A stretch of DNA of 64,000 nt from assembly GCF_057098645.1 (NCBI RefSeq), contig NZ_CM169472.1; one strand, written 5' to 3'. The notes under the pieces were generated by a model. The model saw only the letters and a program-made list of their open reading frames with translations, had not been told where the DNA came from and did no database searches. This document shows, in pieces, positions 1 through 13,653 of the stretch (position 1 is its first letter; every line of letters begins with the position of its first letter). The position numbers and the translations under genes were made by a program.

Positions 1-749
<749 letters not shown>

Positions 750-1103
750 CTAAAGCAAACATGCCGTAGACAATAATTGCGCTTAGCCAATGGAAGGCCG
801 CAGATATAACACCATAGCGTTCAGGGGTATTTGTGAATGACATAAGTGCATCCAAAACGAATTTGCGAGAGAAAGAAAATGGCGTGTCGGAGAATGAATT
901 GCAACACAAAAATAACAAATTGAATGATATTTATTTTTATTTCAATAATTTTGAATTAATAATGAAAGAATCTTCATAAGTTTAGTGGGTTCAGCATCAG
1001 AGATGTCTGGTGAGTGCTGTAGAAGCAGGAATAATCTCATTCAATTTTTCACGCTAAATGAAAGGGAGATTAAATATTTGTCAGTTTATGTCAGTGCGGA
1101 AAA

Positions 1104-1244
1104 CTAAAAATAAAACACATAGTTCAGATCCATAATTGCCAACAATCCCCAGAGAAAAAGATAAAGCATCAGATGCTCGCGAATATTATTGATGAGATAG
1201 TGCAACAGCCGACGCATTAAATACTCCTGTAAAAACGGCCTCAT
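1104..1244 (-). CDS. yceO: small protein YceO (46 aa)
   Basis: Hand-translated minus-strand [49 protein letters not shown]; below ORF-track cutoff; position immediately downstream of solA matches K-12 order. Confidence 0.7.
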   Translation of the reverse strand: MRPFLQEYLMRRLLHYLINNIREHLMLYLFLWGLLAIMDLNYVFYF

Positions 1245-1256
1245 TCTGGAGGCCGT
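1235..1256 (-). terminator. solA intrinsic terminator hairpin (8-bp stem ACGGCCTC/GAGGCCGT) followed by T-run on minus strand; overlaps yceO start codon
   Basis: Inverted repeat seen in sequence 1235-1242/1249-1256, minus strand continues TTTTT. Confidence 0.55.
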
Positions 1257-1264
1257 AATGATGA

Positions 1265-2383
1265 TTATTGGAAGCGGGAAAGCCTGAATGAGGTCAAATC
1301 AAAATCGCTTTTTTTGTTTTGCGCAAAATCGGCAGCTATTTCCCCTAAAACTGACGCAAATTTAAAACCGTGCCCACTCAGGCCGGTAATGAGCAGTGTA
1401 TTATCGTGGTCGGGTAGGGTATCGATAATAAAATCTTCGTCAGGCGAATTATCATAGGTGCAGGCAGCGCCGTACAGGCAGCAACCGATACCCGGCAATA
1501 CATTGCGCAAGAACGGGAAGGCTTCTGACCCATCACTGGCCACTTCCGCAAACGGAACACGTTCATCCGCTGAATGGATAACCTGGCCTCCGTTATGTTT
1601 GCCAATCTTCAACGCGTCGTTTTCTGCCGGAAAACCATAATATTGATCGCCATTGGGCAGTTCACCGGTAAACGCCGGGAATTTATTCTTCACGCTATAG
1701 CGGCCATCGGCCTGATACCAGGCAAATACTTTACGTACGGGCTGGACAGGCAGCTCCGGGAGCAGGTCTTTTACCCATGTTCCCGCGCAGACAATCGCTT
1801 TTTTCGCCTGATACTCACCGTCAGCCGTTTCAATAGTTACACCATCATCGTCATGACGAATTGCGGTGACCGGGCAGTTGAACAGTTGCGCACAGCCCGC
1901 TTCCTTCGCCAGTTGGATCCAGGTTTTAATCGCCAGTTCGCTGCGCAAAAAACCGGAATCAGTCTCAAATAAGCCGATGTAGTTGTCCGGGACGCGTATT
2001 TCTGGCCAGCGGGCCATAATCCCTTGCGCATCGAGCTTTTCAACGTTGAGTTGCCACTGTTCGGCGCTGTGGGCGACGTTGGCGAGAAATGCGGAGTCAG
2101 CCGGGCCGAGGTTAATGACACCAGAGCGTACAAAAATGGGATCATCTTCGTTGTGGCGGGAGAGCTCATCCCACAGTGTTTGCGCGCGGAGGACCAGTGG
2201 GACATACTTTTCGCCTTCACCATAAGCATGGCGAATTAATCGCGTATCGCCGTGGTGGCTGCCGTGTTGATGCGGTGGCATATGGGCGTCGGTCATTAGC
2301 ACGTTTAAACCGGCGCGGGTTGCATAATACCCGGCGGCAGCGCCTACGGAACCGCTGCCAATAATGATGAGATCGTATTTCAT
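1265..2383 (-). CDS. solA: N-methyl-L-tryptophan oxidase
   Basis: ORF track 372 aa; N-terminal FAD motif [12 protein letters not shown]; recognised as E. coli SolA. Confidence 0.95.
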   Translation of the reverse strand: MKYDLIIIGSGSVGAAAGYYATRAGLNVLMTDAHMPPHQHGSHHGDTRLIRHAYGEGEKYVPLVLRAQTLWDELSRHNEDDPIFVRSGVINLGPADSAFLANVAHSAEQWQLNVEKLDAQGIMARWPEIRVPDNYIGLFETDSGFLRSELAIKTWIQLAKEAGCAQLFNCPVTAIRHDDDGVTIETADGEYQAKKAIVCAGTWVKDLLPELPVQPVRKVFAWYQADGRYSVKNKFPAFTGELPNGDQYYGFPAENDALKIGKHNGGQVIHSADERVPFAEVASDGSEAFPFLRNVLPGIGCCLYGAACTYDNSPDEDFIIDTLPDHDNTLLITGLSGHGFKFASVLGEIAADFAQNKKSDFDLTSFRLSRFQ

Positions 2384-2497
2384 TTTTTTCTCTCTGCTCT
2401 CATGGTTTAAGCAGAGTAATTAACTGAATGCAGATATACAACCCAGAAATGGTAAAGGCACCGGTGAGGTGCCTTTTGGGTGGATGGTCATGTCATG

Positions 2498-2755
2498 TTA
2501 ATGACGCCGATACTCGTTTACCTGGAAATCACCGGATTCAATTTTGGCGATTCCTGCTTCTAATATCGAAATAAATTGTCTGGCAACATCAGTGGTTAAC
2601 CAGAGCGTCTGACCAACTTCAGTCCCTTCCTGCTCGGACTTATTTGGGGTCTGGTAGTGCAAACGCAACATCAGCGCATCATAGCTATCAACGGTGCTGA
2701 TGTCCCACCCTACGAGCGGATGAGTCTGAATGACTTCATTATTTTTTTCCATCAT
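2498..2755 (-). CDS. bssS: biofilm regulator BssS
   Basis: ORF track 85 aa MMEKNNEVIQTHPLVGWDIS...; recognised as BssS (start may be the second Met). Confidence 0.92.
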   Translation of the reverse strand: MMEKNNEVIQTHPLVGWDISTVDSYDALMLRLHYQTPNKSEQEGTEVGQTLWLTTDVARQFISILEAGIAKIESGDFQVNEYRRH

Positions 2756-2992
2756 GGCCCCCTAATTCGTGTTACTAGACAACGTTATTCGAGGTTCAAT
2801 GCGTTTTTATCTGAAGCAACTTCAGTATACCAATAAGTAAGGGTATTCACCGAATTTTTAAAGGGGGAAATAGATAAATTTCTGCTTTTAAGATTTATAT
2901 GAACAATAAAACAGCATCTCATTCATATTTTTTTAGCATATTGTGCAATTATTTTGAGGAAGTGTAGAAATTTTGTACTCAAAATTCGTAAG

Positions 2993-3020
2993 TAAAATAA
3001 AAAAGCCGGGGCGACCCGGC
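2993..3020 (-). terminator. dinI intrinsic terminator (GCCGGGTCGCCCCGGC hairpin + T-run on minus strand)
   Basis: Inverted repeat 3005-3020 with A-run on plus side 2998-3004. Confidence 0.7.
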
Positions 3021-3041
3021 AAAAACAAAAATCACTGCATA

Positions 3042-3287
3042 TTATTCGCTGACAAACCAGTCATCGGCGCTTTCCCACGTTTCCTGGAGAATTTCGCTAA
3101 TGCGCTGTTTATCTTCTTTTGTCGCGCCAATAACCGATAAATTATTCGCTGCGGCGTAACGTACCGATACGTGGCCTTCATTATCAGGAAACGCATACTG
3201 AATACGGCGGGAAAGTTCGCCAGCCAGGGCGTCAATAGCCCCAGCTGGCAATGGAGAAGTTTTCGCTATGGTGACTTCAATTCGCAT
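3042..3287 (-). CDS. dinI: DNA damage-inducible protein I (81 aa)
   Basis: Internal Met of ORF 3042..3419; MRIEVTIAKTSPLPAGAIDALAGELSRRIQYAF... recognised as DinI. Confidence 0.93.
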   Translation of the reverse strand: MRIEVTIAKTSPLPAGAIDALAGELSRRIQYAFPDNEGHVSVRYAAANNLSVIGATKEDKQRISEILQETWESADDWFVSE

Positions 3288-3306
3288 AATAGCCCCCTGT
3301 TGAATA

Positions 3307-3326
3307 TACTGGTTATTTATACAGGT
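3307..3326 (-). promoter_or_regulatory. LexA (SOS) box upstream of dinI: ACCTGTATAAATAACCAGTA on minus strand
   Basis: CTGT-N8-CCAG pattern 20-40 bp upstream of dinI start; matches LexA consensus CTGT(AT)4ACAG. Confidence 0.75.
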
Positions 3327-3360
3327 AAAATAATCTAATGACAACAGGAAGCTACGATTT

Positions 3361-4407
3361 TTATTGTTTAACGGACCAGCGTACCGTTTCCCCGGCGAGG
3401 AATGGCACCAGCGTGTCATCAGTCAGTGCGATGCTTTCAGCAACCTGATGCTCTTCACGTACCAGTTCGATGAATGTGTCGTTGACCGGCAACCCATAGA
3501 ACTGCGGGCCATTTACAGAACAGAATGCTTCAAAGTGCTGCAGAGCATTCATCTCTTCAAAGACGGTAGCGTAACTTCCCAGCGCGGTTGGGGCGTTGAA
3601 GCAGCCCGCGCAGCCGCAACTGCTCTCTTTGCGATGACGTGCATGTGGCGCAGAATCCGTACCGAGGAATACTCGATTAAAACCGCTGGCGACCAGTTCA
3701 CGCAATGCCTGTTGGTGAATATTGCGTTTGAGGATGGGTAGACAATACAGGTGCGGACGCACGCCTCCAACCAGCATATGGTTGCGGTTAAACATCAGAT
3801 GCTGCGGAGTGATGGTGGCAGCCAGCCGTTCATTTCCGTCACGGACATAGTCGGCAGCATCTTTGGTGGTGATGTGCTCAAAAACGACTTTCAGCGCAGT
3901 CAGGCGCTGGCGCAGAGGTTCCATCACGCTTTCTATAAAGCGCGCTTCACGATCAAAAATGTCGATATCTGCATGTGTCACTTCACCATGCACCAGTAGC
4001 GGCATACCGATTTTTTCCATGCGCTCAAGTACCGGCATGATTGCGTCAATTGACGTCACGCCGTGGCTGGAGTTAGTGGTTGCGTTTGCCGGGTAAAGTT
4101 TTGCAGCGGTGAACACGCCTTCGTTAAATCCGCGCTCCAGCTCATTAGGATCCAGCGAATCTGTTAAATAACAGGTCATCAATGGGGTGAAATCGTGCCC
4201 GGCAGGTACGGCGTCAAGAATACGTTGGCGATACGCCACGGCAGCCTCAATGGTGGTCACGGGCGGAGCCAGATTGGGCATTACGATAGCCCGTCCATAA
4301 ATTTCGCTGGTATACGGCACGACAGTTTTTAACATGTCGCCATCGCGGAGGTGAAGGTGCCAGTCGTCTGGGCGGCGGATCTTTAATACCTGGGATGGTG
4401 CAGTCAT
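3361..4407 (-). CDS. pyrC: dihydroorotase
   Basis: ORF track 348 aa; [27 protein letters not shown]... recognised as PyrC. Confidence 0.96.
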   Translation of the reverse strand: MTAPSQVLKIRRPDDWHLHLRDGDMLKTVVPYTSEIYGRAIVMPNLAPPVTTIEAAVAYRQRILDAVPAGHDFTPLMTCYLTDSLDPNELERGFNEGVFTAAKLYPANATTNSSHGVTSIDAIMPVLERMEKIGMPLLVHGEVTHADIDIFDREARFIESVMEPLRQRLTALKVVFEHITTKDAADYVRDGNERLAATITPQHLMFNRNHMLVGGVRPHLYCLPILKRNIHQQALRELVASGFNRVFLGTDSAPHARHRKESSCGCAGCFNAPTALGSYATVFEEMNALQHFEAFCSVNGPQFYGLPVNDTFIELVREEHQVAESIALTDDTLVPFLAGETVRWSVKQ

Positions 4408-4458
4408 TAATCTCTATGCTCCGGCTGAAGGGATGTTTTTGCCGGACACAAAGGATAA

Positions 4459-4474
4459 GCGGAAACGTTTTCCT
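4459..4474 (-). promoter_or_regulatory. PurR-box-like operator in pyrC upstream region (GCGGAAACGTTTTCCT)
   Basis: 12/16 match to PurR consensus ACGCAAACGTTTGCGT; pyrC is a known PurR regulon member. Confidence 0.5.
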
Positions 4475-4477
4475 TTG

Positions 4478-4507
4478 CACGAAAAATAAAGGGCGCGAAT
4501 GCGCCCT
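4478..4507 (-). terminator. yceB intrinsic terminator (AGGGCGCATTCGCGCCCT hairpin + T-run on minus strand)
   Basis: Inverted repeat 4490-4507 and TTATTTTTCG on minus strand. Confidence 0.7.
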
Positions 4508-4512
4508 CGTGA

Positions 4513-5073
4513 TTAATCAGTAAATGGAATGACAATTTCGCCTGGCTTCACTTCAATGCCTTTCGCCAGTTTTTTCGCCATTGCTTCGCCCTGGCTGCCA
4601 TCTTCGCGCAGGACGTAAGCAGGTTGCTGGTTAAAGTAATTGCGTAATGCCTGGTTCAGATAGGGAAGCAACGTTTGCATCACCGTTTGCATTTTTTCCG
4701 GTTGTACCGTCGCATCGACCACTTCCATCTCTTTCAGGAAGATCGCACCTTTTTCTTTATCAAACACGGGCAGCGCTTTCAGCTTCAGTTTCATGGTCGC
4801 TTTCTGACTACCGAACAGGGAGTTCATGTCCAGATTGGCGTCTCCGGTTAGGGTAACCTTATTCGGCTCTTCGCGACCAATTTGGCTGGTCAGGTTTGTC
4901 AGAACAATATGGGCGTCAGCCACGCCGGGTAAACCGATATCTTTTGAGAAATTATTATGTTTCGCAAGCGACTGGTTAATTTCTTGTTCGGTGATGGTGT
5001 ATTGGGTGAGTTGATTACAGCCAACGAGCAGGCCACTGACGATCAATGCAGCGGCAAATAAAAACTTGTTCAT
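4513..5073 (-). CDS. yceB: lipoprotein YceB (DUF1439), 186 aa
   Basis: Internal Met (aa 68) of ORF 4513..5274; MNKFLFAAALIVSGLLVGC lipobox signal; recognised as YceB. Confidence 0.9.
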   Translation of the reverse strand: MNKFLFAAALIVSGLLVGCNQLTQYTITEQEINQSLAKHNNFSKDIGLPGVADAHIVLTNLTSQIGREEPNKVTLTGDANLDMNSLFGSQKATMKLKLKALPVFDKEKGAIFLKEMEVVDATVQPEKMQTVMQTLLPYLNQALRNYFNQQPAYVLREDGSQGEAMAKKLAKGIEVKPGEIVIPFTD

Positions 5074-5206
5074 GGTAGTCCTCGACATGAAATCTGCGTC
5101 AATATCCTGACACAACGCAGCATGTGTCACCAGCGATAAACTCGCCAGCAGAAAAAACTGAAAACGGCGGCAACCCGCGAATACAGGCTGCCGCGGCGGG
5201 TCAGGA

Positions 5207-5854
5207 TTAAATCGCCATTGATGATAACAAATTGATTTGTGTCTGTTTCGCCATATTATCGCGGTAATCAGCAACGCGGCTTGGCCAGTTAATTCCGGCT
5301 ACCAGCGTCAGATTACGCAGTAGCGGGAATAGCTGAATATCATCTTCCGAAAGTTCGCCATTCACGGCGTTCGGTTTGACGATCAGTTTGTCCAGCGCAC
5401 GTAAATCATCGCTGATATTCTTAATCAGACCGTCAGAGTGGGCCAGCAGGTCGGCAAAATTACCCGCGCTGGCCTCTTTCTTGTCGACGAAATATTTGCG
5501 CGCGGCGGGAGTAGAAAACTCATCAAATGCCGATTTGGCAAAACGCGGCAACAGCAGTTTGTTGGCGTAGCCATTGACCTTGCGCAGCCACTCTTCAATT
5601 GCAGGGGAACGTTTGCCGGTCAGTAACGGTTTGCCGTCGAGTTTATCGACATAGTGAACGATATCCATGCTTTCTGGCATATAGCGGCTGTCATCTTTTT
5701 GCAGAATGGGAACCTGTTTTTGACCGACCATCCGGGTGGGTGTTTCTGCGTCGTCGTTGAGCAGAACATGTAATTCGACGGGGATATTTTTCAGGCCGAA
5801 AATCATGCGGGCTTTGAGGCAGTAAGGGCAGTGATCGTAAATGTATAGCTTCAC
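5207..5854 (-). CDS. grxB: glutaredoxin 2
   Basis: ORF track 215 aa MKLYIYDHCPYCLKARMIFGLKNIP...; GTG start; recognised as GrxB. Confidence 0.95.
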   Translation of the reverse strand: MKLYIYDHCPYCLKARMIFGLKNIPVELHVLLNDDAETPTRMVGQKQVPILQKDDSRYMPESMDIVHYVDKLDGKPLLTGKRSPAIEEWLRKVNGYANKLLLPRFAKSAFDEFSTPAARKYFVDKKEASAGNFADLLAHSDGLIKNISDDLRALDKLIVKPNAVNGELSEDDIQLFPLLRNLTLVAGINWPSRVADYRDNMAKQTQINLLSSMAI

Positions 5855-5917
5855 GTGACTCCTCCATTTGGCTGTCAGTTCACTTTCAGTATGGAGGAGT
5901 CAGGGGGGAGTATCAAA

Positions 5918-7126
5918 TCAGGCGTCGCGTTCCAGCAAACGACGCGCGGCGCGTTTCTGGCTAAACTGCCAACCCAGCGCAAGGAAAGTGAAGATGCCAA
6001 TAATGCCCAGCATCATCCACGGAAGCTCTGGCTGGTGCGCCGATTTGCCCAGGTCAAACAGCCAGCCGCCACCGATATAACCAATAGCGCCACCAATCGC
6101 CAGACCCAGACGGCTAAACCCCATATAGCTGCCGCGAGCTCTTGCGTCCGCCAGCGAAGCACTTAAGGTTTCACGCGCAGGCTCGGCAATGATCGACCCG
6201 ATATAAAACAAACAAATCAGGGTGAAAAGTTGTTGCAGGCCGCTGACCATGCCCACCGGCATCATGCTTAATGACATTATCAACAGCCCAGCCATCAACC
6301 GGTGTTCCAGACGAAAATGCTTTTCACTCCAGCGGGCGATAGGGTAGAGCAACGTTAACGACAGACACGCTTCAATGGCATACATCCATTTAACGGCAGA
6401 GGGCGCGCCCGCCACGTCGTTGACCATAATTGGCAGCATCAGCATCACTTGAACAGCCAGCATGTAGTAACCCGCCAGCGTCAGAACATAGGTGACAAAA
6501 CGCTTGTCACGCATCACGCGGGTCATGCCTTCGCGAACGGGCGTGCGTACGGTGGAGAGTTTCCATGCCGGTAATAACCACGCATTGAACGCTGCACACA
6601 GTACAAACAAAACTGCCCCTGTGGCGCAGACCAGGCGAAAGTCGTATTGCAACAGCCAGCTCCCCAACAATGCGCCAATGACCGCACCGGCACTGTCCTG
6701 CATCATCAACAGCGAGAAAAAACGACCACGTTGTTGTGGACGGATTAGTTTCACCACCAGCGCCGAACGCGGCGGATCAAACAACGTGCCGCCGAGTCCC
6801 GAGAGCAGGCATGAAAACCACAATAGCCACGGTTCGTGGGCGATACCCATTGTGGCGAATCCGGCGGCGCGCATCAGCATACCGGTAACAATCATCGGTT
6901 TGGCACCAAAGCGGTCGGCAATTGCGCCGCCGAAAATACCCAGACCTTGCTGAATAAATTGGCGTAGACCGAGAGCAATACCGACCATGACGGCGGCCCA
7001 GCCCATTTGATCAACGAAGCGGATAGAGATCAGCGGGAAGACAACAAAGAACCCCAGCACGACCAGCATATTATCGATGAGCAGGAAATATTTACCCAGG
7101 TTCCTCGCCTGCGACACGCGGGACAT
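5918..7126 (-). CDS. mdtH: MFS multidrug efflux transporter MdtH (402 aa)
   Basis: ORF 5918..7156 trimmed to [23 protein letters not shown]...; recognised as MdtH. Confidence 0.93.
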
Positions 7127-7361
7127 TTCCCCTCCCGGGAAATAAAAGATGAGCACTTTCTATTCTGCATTGCCGCTAAGACTTTTCCCATCACTTCGGG
7201 GACAATATTTTTTTATCAAAACGTCGCTTTGATAGAGAGTTTTTATCAAATATGTGAATAATGCAGACAATGGCATTTTGGACTTTTCACAGGGTCTGGT
7301 TGCGCAGGTATAGTAATATTTACAGCGTATTAAAGACGTTACGGGAAGGAGTAGGTATAGA

Positions 7362-8604
<1,243 letters not shown>

Positions 8605-8605
8605 A

Positions 8606-9529
8606 GTGAAAAAATTACGTATCGGCGTAGTGGGATTAGGCGGCATTGCGCAAAAAGCGTGGTTACCGGTGCTGGCGGCAGCGTCTGACTGGACGTTACA
8701 AGGAGCCTGGTCGCCTACGCGCGCGAAAGCCCTGCCAATTTGTGAAAGCTGGCGCATTCCTTATGCCGATTCGTTATCCAGCCTTGCCGCCAGTTGCGAT
8801 GCGGTTTTTGTACATTCCAGCACCGCCAGTCACTTTGACGTGGTCAGTACGTTACTCAATGCGGGGGTACATGTCTGTGTCGATAAACCGCTGGCAGAAA
8901 ATCTGCGCGATGCTGAACGGCTGGTGGAACTGGCGGCGCGGAAAAAACTGACGTTGATGGTCGGTTTTAACCGTCGTTTCGCACCACTCTACGGTGAGTT
9001 AAAAACGCAACTCGCCACCGCAGCCTCGCTAAGAATGGATAAACATCGTAGCAATAGCGTCGGGCCACACGATCTTTATTTCACGTTGCTGGATGATTAT
9101 CTGCATGTGGTGGATACCGCGCTGTGGTTGTCGGGCGGCAAAGCCTCTCTGGATGGCGGTACGCTACTGACTAACGACGCTGGCGAAATGCTGTTTGCCG
9201 AGCACCATTTTTCGGCCGGTCCTTTGCAGATCACCACCTGTATGCATCGCCGTGCCGGAAGTCAGCGTGAAACCGTGCAGGCCGTGACTGACGGTGCGCT
9301 CATCGACATTACGGAAATGCGCGAATGGCGTGAGGAGCGTGGGCAGGGTGTAGTGAATAAACCGATTCCTGGTTGGCAGAGCACGCTTGAGCAACGTGGA
9401 TTTGTCGGCTGTGCGCGGCACTTCATTGAATGTGTGCAAAATCAGACAGTTCCGCAAACCGCCGGCGAACAGGCAGTGCTGGCGCAACGTATCGTTGACA
9501 AGATCTGGCGCGATGCGATGAGTGAATAA
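8606..9529 (+). CDS. yceM: Gfo/Idh/MocA-family putative oxidoreductase YceM (MviM), 307 aa from GTG
   Basis: ORF 8573..9529 trimmed to VKKLRIGVVGLGGIAQKA (Rossmann motif); recognised as YceM. Confidence 0.9.
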   Translation: MKKLRIGVVGLGGIAQKAWLPVLAAASDWTLQGAWSPTRAKALPICESWRIPYADSLSSLAASCDAVFVHSSTASHFDVVSTLLNAGVHVCVDKPLAENLRDAERLVELAARKKLTLMVGFNRRFAPLYGELKTQLATAASLRMDKHRSNSVGPHDLYFTLLDDYLHVVDTALWLSGGKASLDGGTLLTNDAGEMLFAEHHFSAGPLQITTCMHRRAGSQRETVQAVTDGALIDITEMREWREERGQGVVNKPIPGWQSTLEQRGFVGCARHFIECVQNQTVPQTAGEQAVLAQRIVDKIWRDAMSE

Positions 9530-9551
9530 ACCCTGTAACATCTGGCGGTAG

Positions 9552-11174
<1,623 letters not shown>

Positions 11175-11183
11175 CAATGCATT

Positions 11184-11204
11184 CCGGCCTGCAGTGCAGG
11201 CCGG
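11184..11204. terminator. bidirectional hairpin between convergent murJ and flgN (CCGGCCTGCAGTGCAGGCCGG)
   Basis: Perfect 8-bp inverted repeat seen between the two stop codons. Confidence 0.6.
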
Positions 11205-11213
11205 AGATAATCT

Positions 11214-11630
11214 TCAGATCGAAATCTTTTTACTGCCGCGATGGGTTGTTGAGGTCTGACCGTTCGCCCCATATAGCGTCGGTTCCTGATGCGGTTTCAA
11301 CATTTCCAGCGCCTGTTGATTGCGCTCAATCTGTCCTTCCAGTAACCAGCCGTTATGTTGATTCATTTGGCGTAGTTGCTGCGTTTTCACAGCAATTTCC
11401 TGCCAGCGTTGACTAATATCAACGCTATTTGCTGTATTGGGTTCTTTCCTGCGTAACTGTTCGAGGTAATCCAACGTTGCCAGCAGTGAGCTTTTTTGTT
11501 CTGTAATCCATTGCAACTGGCTGCCGTTGATCTGCCCCATAGAGAGATGTTGCTGCTCTTGATCCATTACCGTTTTGAGATCGTTAAGCACAGCGGACAT
11601 CTGGTCGAGGATCTCTGCAAGACGCGTCAT
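11214..11630 (-). CDS. flgN: flagellar export chaperone FlgN
   Basis: ORF track 138 aa; recognised as FlgN. Confidence 0.95.
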   Translation of the reverse strand: MTRLAEILDQMSAVLNDLKTVMDQEQQHLSMGQINGSQLQWITEQKSSLLATLDYLEQLRRKEPNTANSVDISQRWQEIAVKTQQLRQMNQHNGWLLEGQIERNQQALEMLKPHQEPTLYGANGQTSTTHRGSKKISI

Positions 11631-11634
11631 ACGA

Positions 11635-11928
11635 TTAATTACTCTGCAAGTCTTGCTGCGCTTCGTTGATCAGCGCATCGGCAATTTTGCCGGTGTCCAT
11701 TTTTAGTTCACCGTTACGAATCGCCAGTTTTAACGCTTCGACACGTTCAAGATTGATATCACTGCTGCCGGGTTGCATCAGTTTTGCTTGCGCGTCGCTT
11801 AACGTCACACTGGTGCTGGTGGATGCTGTTGTTTTTGCCGCCCGGGTGTTCGTTACCGGCGCGTCAGTGGTTTCGCGCGGTTGAACGGTGCTTACGGGCT
11901 TCAGAGGCGAAGTGCGATCAATACTCAT
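11635..11928 (-). CDS. flgM: anti-sigma-28 factor FlgM
   Basis: ORF track 97 aa [22 protein letters not shown]...; recognised as FlgM. Confidence 0.95.
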   Translation of the reverse strand: MSIDRTSPLKPVSTVQPRETTDAPVTNTRAAKTTASTSTSVTLSDAQAKLMQPGSSDINLERVEALKLAIRNGELKMDTGKIADALINEAQQDLQSN

Positions 11929-11971
11929 GGTTTATTCCTCATTGAGGGCGCTTTTATCATGTGTTGCTTAT

Positions 11972-11998
11972 TTATCGGCAAGGGACGGGTAATCTTTA
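11972..11998 (-). promoter_or_regulatory. sigma-28 (FliA) class 3 promoter for flgMN: TAAAGATT-N11-GCCGATAA on minus strand
   Basis: Near-perfect match to sigma-28 consensus TAAAGTTT-N11-GCCGATAA, ~45 bp upstream of flgM start. Confidence 0.8.
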
Positions 11999-12003
11999 AC
12001 AGC

Positions 12004-12663
12004 TTACAGGTTTATAAGAATATTCCCATCTGCATCAACAACGCCGCTGACTACCTGTCCAGATACCATGCGCACCCGCGCATTCTGTGCGACGGCTGCA
12101 TTGTTCAGCGCCTGACCTTCAGCGTTGGCGCTAAACCCATCACCGCTGGCGATCACATTGACGCGTTGTCCCGCTTTTACCCGCCATGCCTGGCGAAACT
12201 GGGTTAACTGGATAGGTTGATCGGGTGATAGATCGCGCAGGCTAACGGCATCAACAAGTTGATTGATATCCAGCACCGTACGCGGTGGCAGGGTATCCAG
12301 CCGTCCGCGTTTTAGTTTGACATTGCCAGCTTCCAGCTTTCCTCCCCGCACAATGGGCATCGCGGCAACCACATAATTTCCTGTGGCCTGCACATTAACC
12401 TGTAAATATCGTTTGTCGTTACCGCAGCGTGCCAACACATTCACATTGCCCCACAGGCGGGAATTATTGCTCATCGAAAGCAATGGCTGCTCGCACGGCG
12501 GTAGTAGATTGGGCGCTGTACGAATAGAAACACGAACCTCATCACTTATCCCTGCGAGCTGGGAGCTAAAAAAGGTTTGCAATTGCGATGTGAGATTGCT
12601 CGCCGCACTTAACGGACTGAACAGTATCGCGATGATCGCCACGCTACGTTTTATTGCCAGCAT
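12004..12663 (-). CDS. flgA: flagellar P-ring assembly chaperone FlgA
   Basis: ORF track 219 aa; recognised as FlgA. Confidence 0.95.
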   Translation of the reverse strand: MLAIKRSVAIIAILFSPLSAASNLTSQLQTFFSSQLAGISDEVRVSIRTAPNLLPPCEQPLLSMSNNSRLWGNVNVLARCGNDKRYLQVNVQATGNYVVAAMPIVRGGKLEAGNVKLKRGRLDTLPPRTVLDINQLVDAVSLRDLSPDQPIQLTQFRQAWRVKAGQRVNVIASGDGFSANAEGQALNNAAVAQNARVRMVSGQVVSGVVDADGNILINL

Positions 12664-12817
12664 TTTCGCCCCCAGCCATTTCTACAACGTGAATTGTACC
12701 TGTCCGCAATGACCATCAACGGCATAAATAGCGACCCATTTTGCGTTTATTCCGCCGATAACGCGCGCGTAAAGGCATTTAAGCTGATGGCAGAATTTTG
12801 ATACCTGCGGAGGAGAT

Positions 12818-13234
12818 ATGCTCGATAAGCTCGACGCCGCCTTACGTTTTCAACAAGAGGCGCTCAATCTGCGCGCCCAGCGTCAGGAAGTGCTGGCAGC
12901 AAACATCGCCAATGCCGATACCCCTGGTTATCAGGCGCGCGATATCGATTTTGCCAGTGAACTTAAAAAAGTCATGCAACGTGGACGGGATGCAACCAGT
13001 GTGGTTGCTCTGACGATGACCTCAACGCAACACATTCCGGCGCAGGCGCTGACGCCTCCTACCGCAGAACTGCAATACCGTATTCCGGACCAGCCTTCGC
13101 TTGACGGTAATACCGTCGATATGGATCGCGAACGCACCCAGTTTGCCGATAACAGCCTGCAATACCAGATGAGCCTTAGTGCGTTGAGCGGGCAAATCAA
13201 AGGCATGATGAACGTTTTACAGAGCGGAAATTAA
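12818..13234 (+). CDS. flgB: flagellar proximal rod protein FlgB
   Basis: ORF track 138 aa; recognised as FlgB. Confidence 0.96.
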
Positions 13235-13237
13235 CGG

Positions 13238-13642
13238 ATGGCACTGCTGAATATTTTTGATATCGCCGGATCGGCGTTAACTGCCCAGTCCCAGCGCCTG
13301 AACGTGGCGGCCAGTAATCTGGCGAATGCTGATAGCGTGACCGGTCCCGATGGACAGCCATATCGGGCAAAACAGGTGGTATTTCAGGTTAACGCTGCAC
13401 CAGGTGCTGCGACAGGCGGCGTAAAGGTTGCCGATGTTATAGAAAGTCAGGCCCCGGACAAACTGGTTTATGAACCGGGTAATCCGCTGGCGGATGCAAA
13501 GGGCTACGTAAAAATGCCGAACGTTGATGTTGTCGGAGAGATGGTTAACACCATGTCGGCGTCACGCAGCTATCAGGCCAATGTTGAAGTGCTCAACACG
13601 GTGAAAAGCATGATGCTGAAAACCCTTACGCTCGGTCAATAA
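13238..13642 (+). CDS. flgC: flagellar proximal rod protein FlgC
   Basis: ORF track 134 aa; recognised as FlgC. Confidence 0.96.
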
Positions 13643-13653
13643 AGGAGAAAGCT

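Noticed and set aside
2454..2476. Hairpin AAAGGCACC-GGTGA-GGTGCCTTT between bssS and solA
   Set aside because: Clear 9-bp stem, but neither strand has a clean U-tract beyond the stem, so I did not call it as a confident intrinsic terminator. It could still be a weak bssS terminator or an RNA-stability element.
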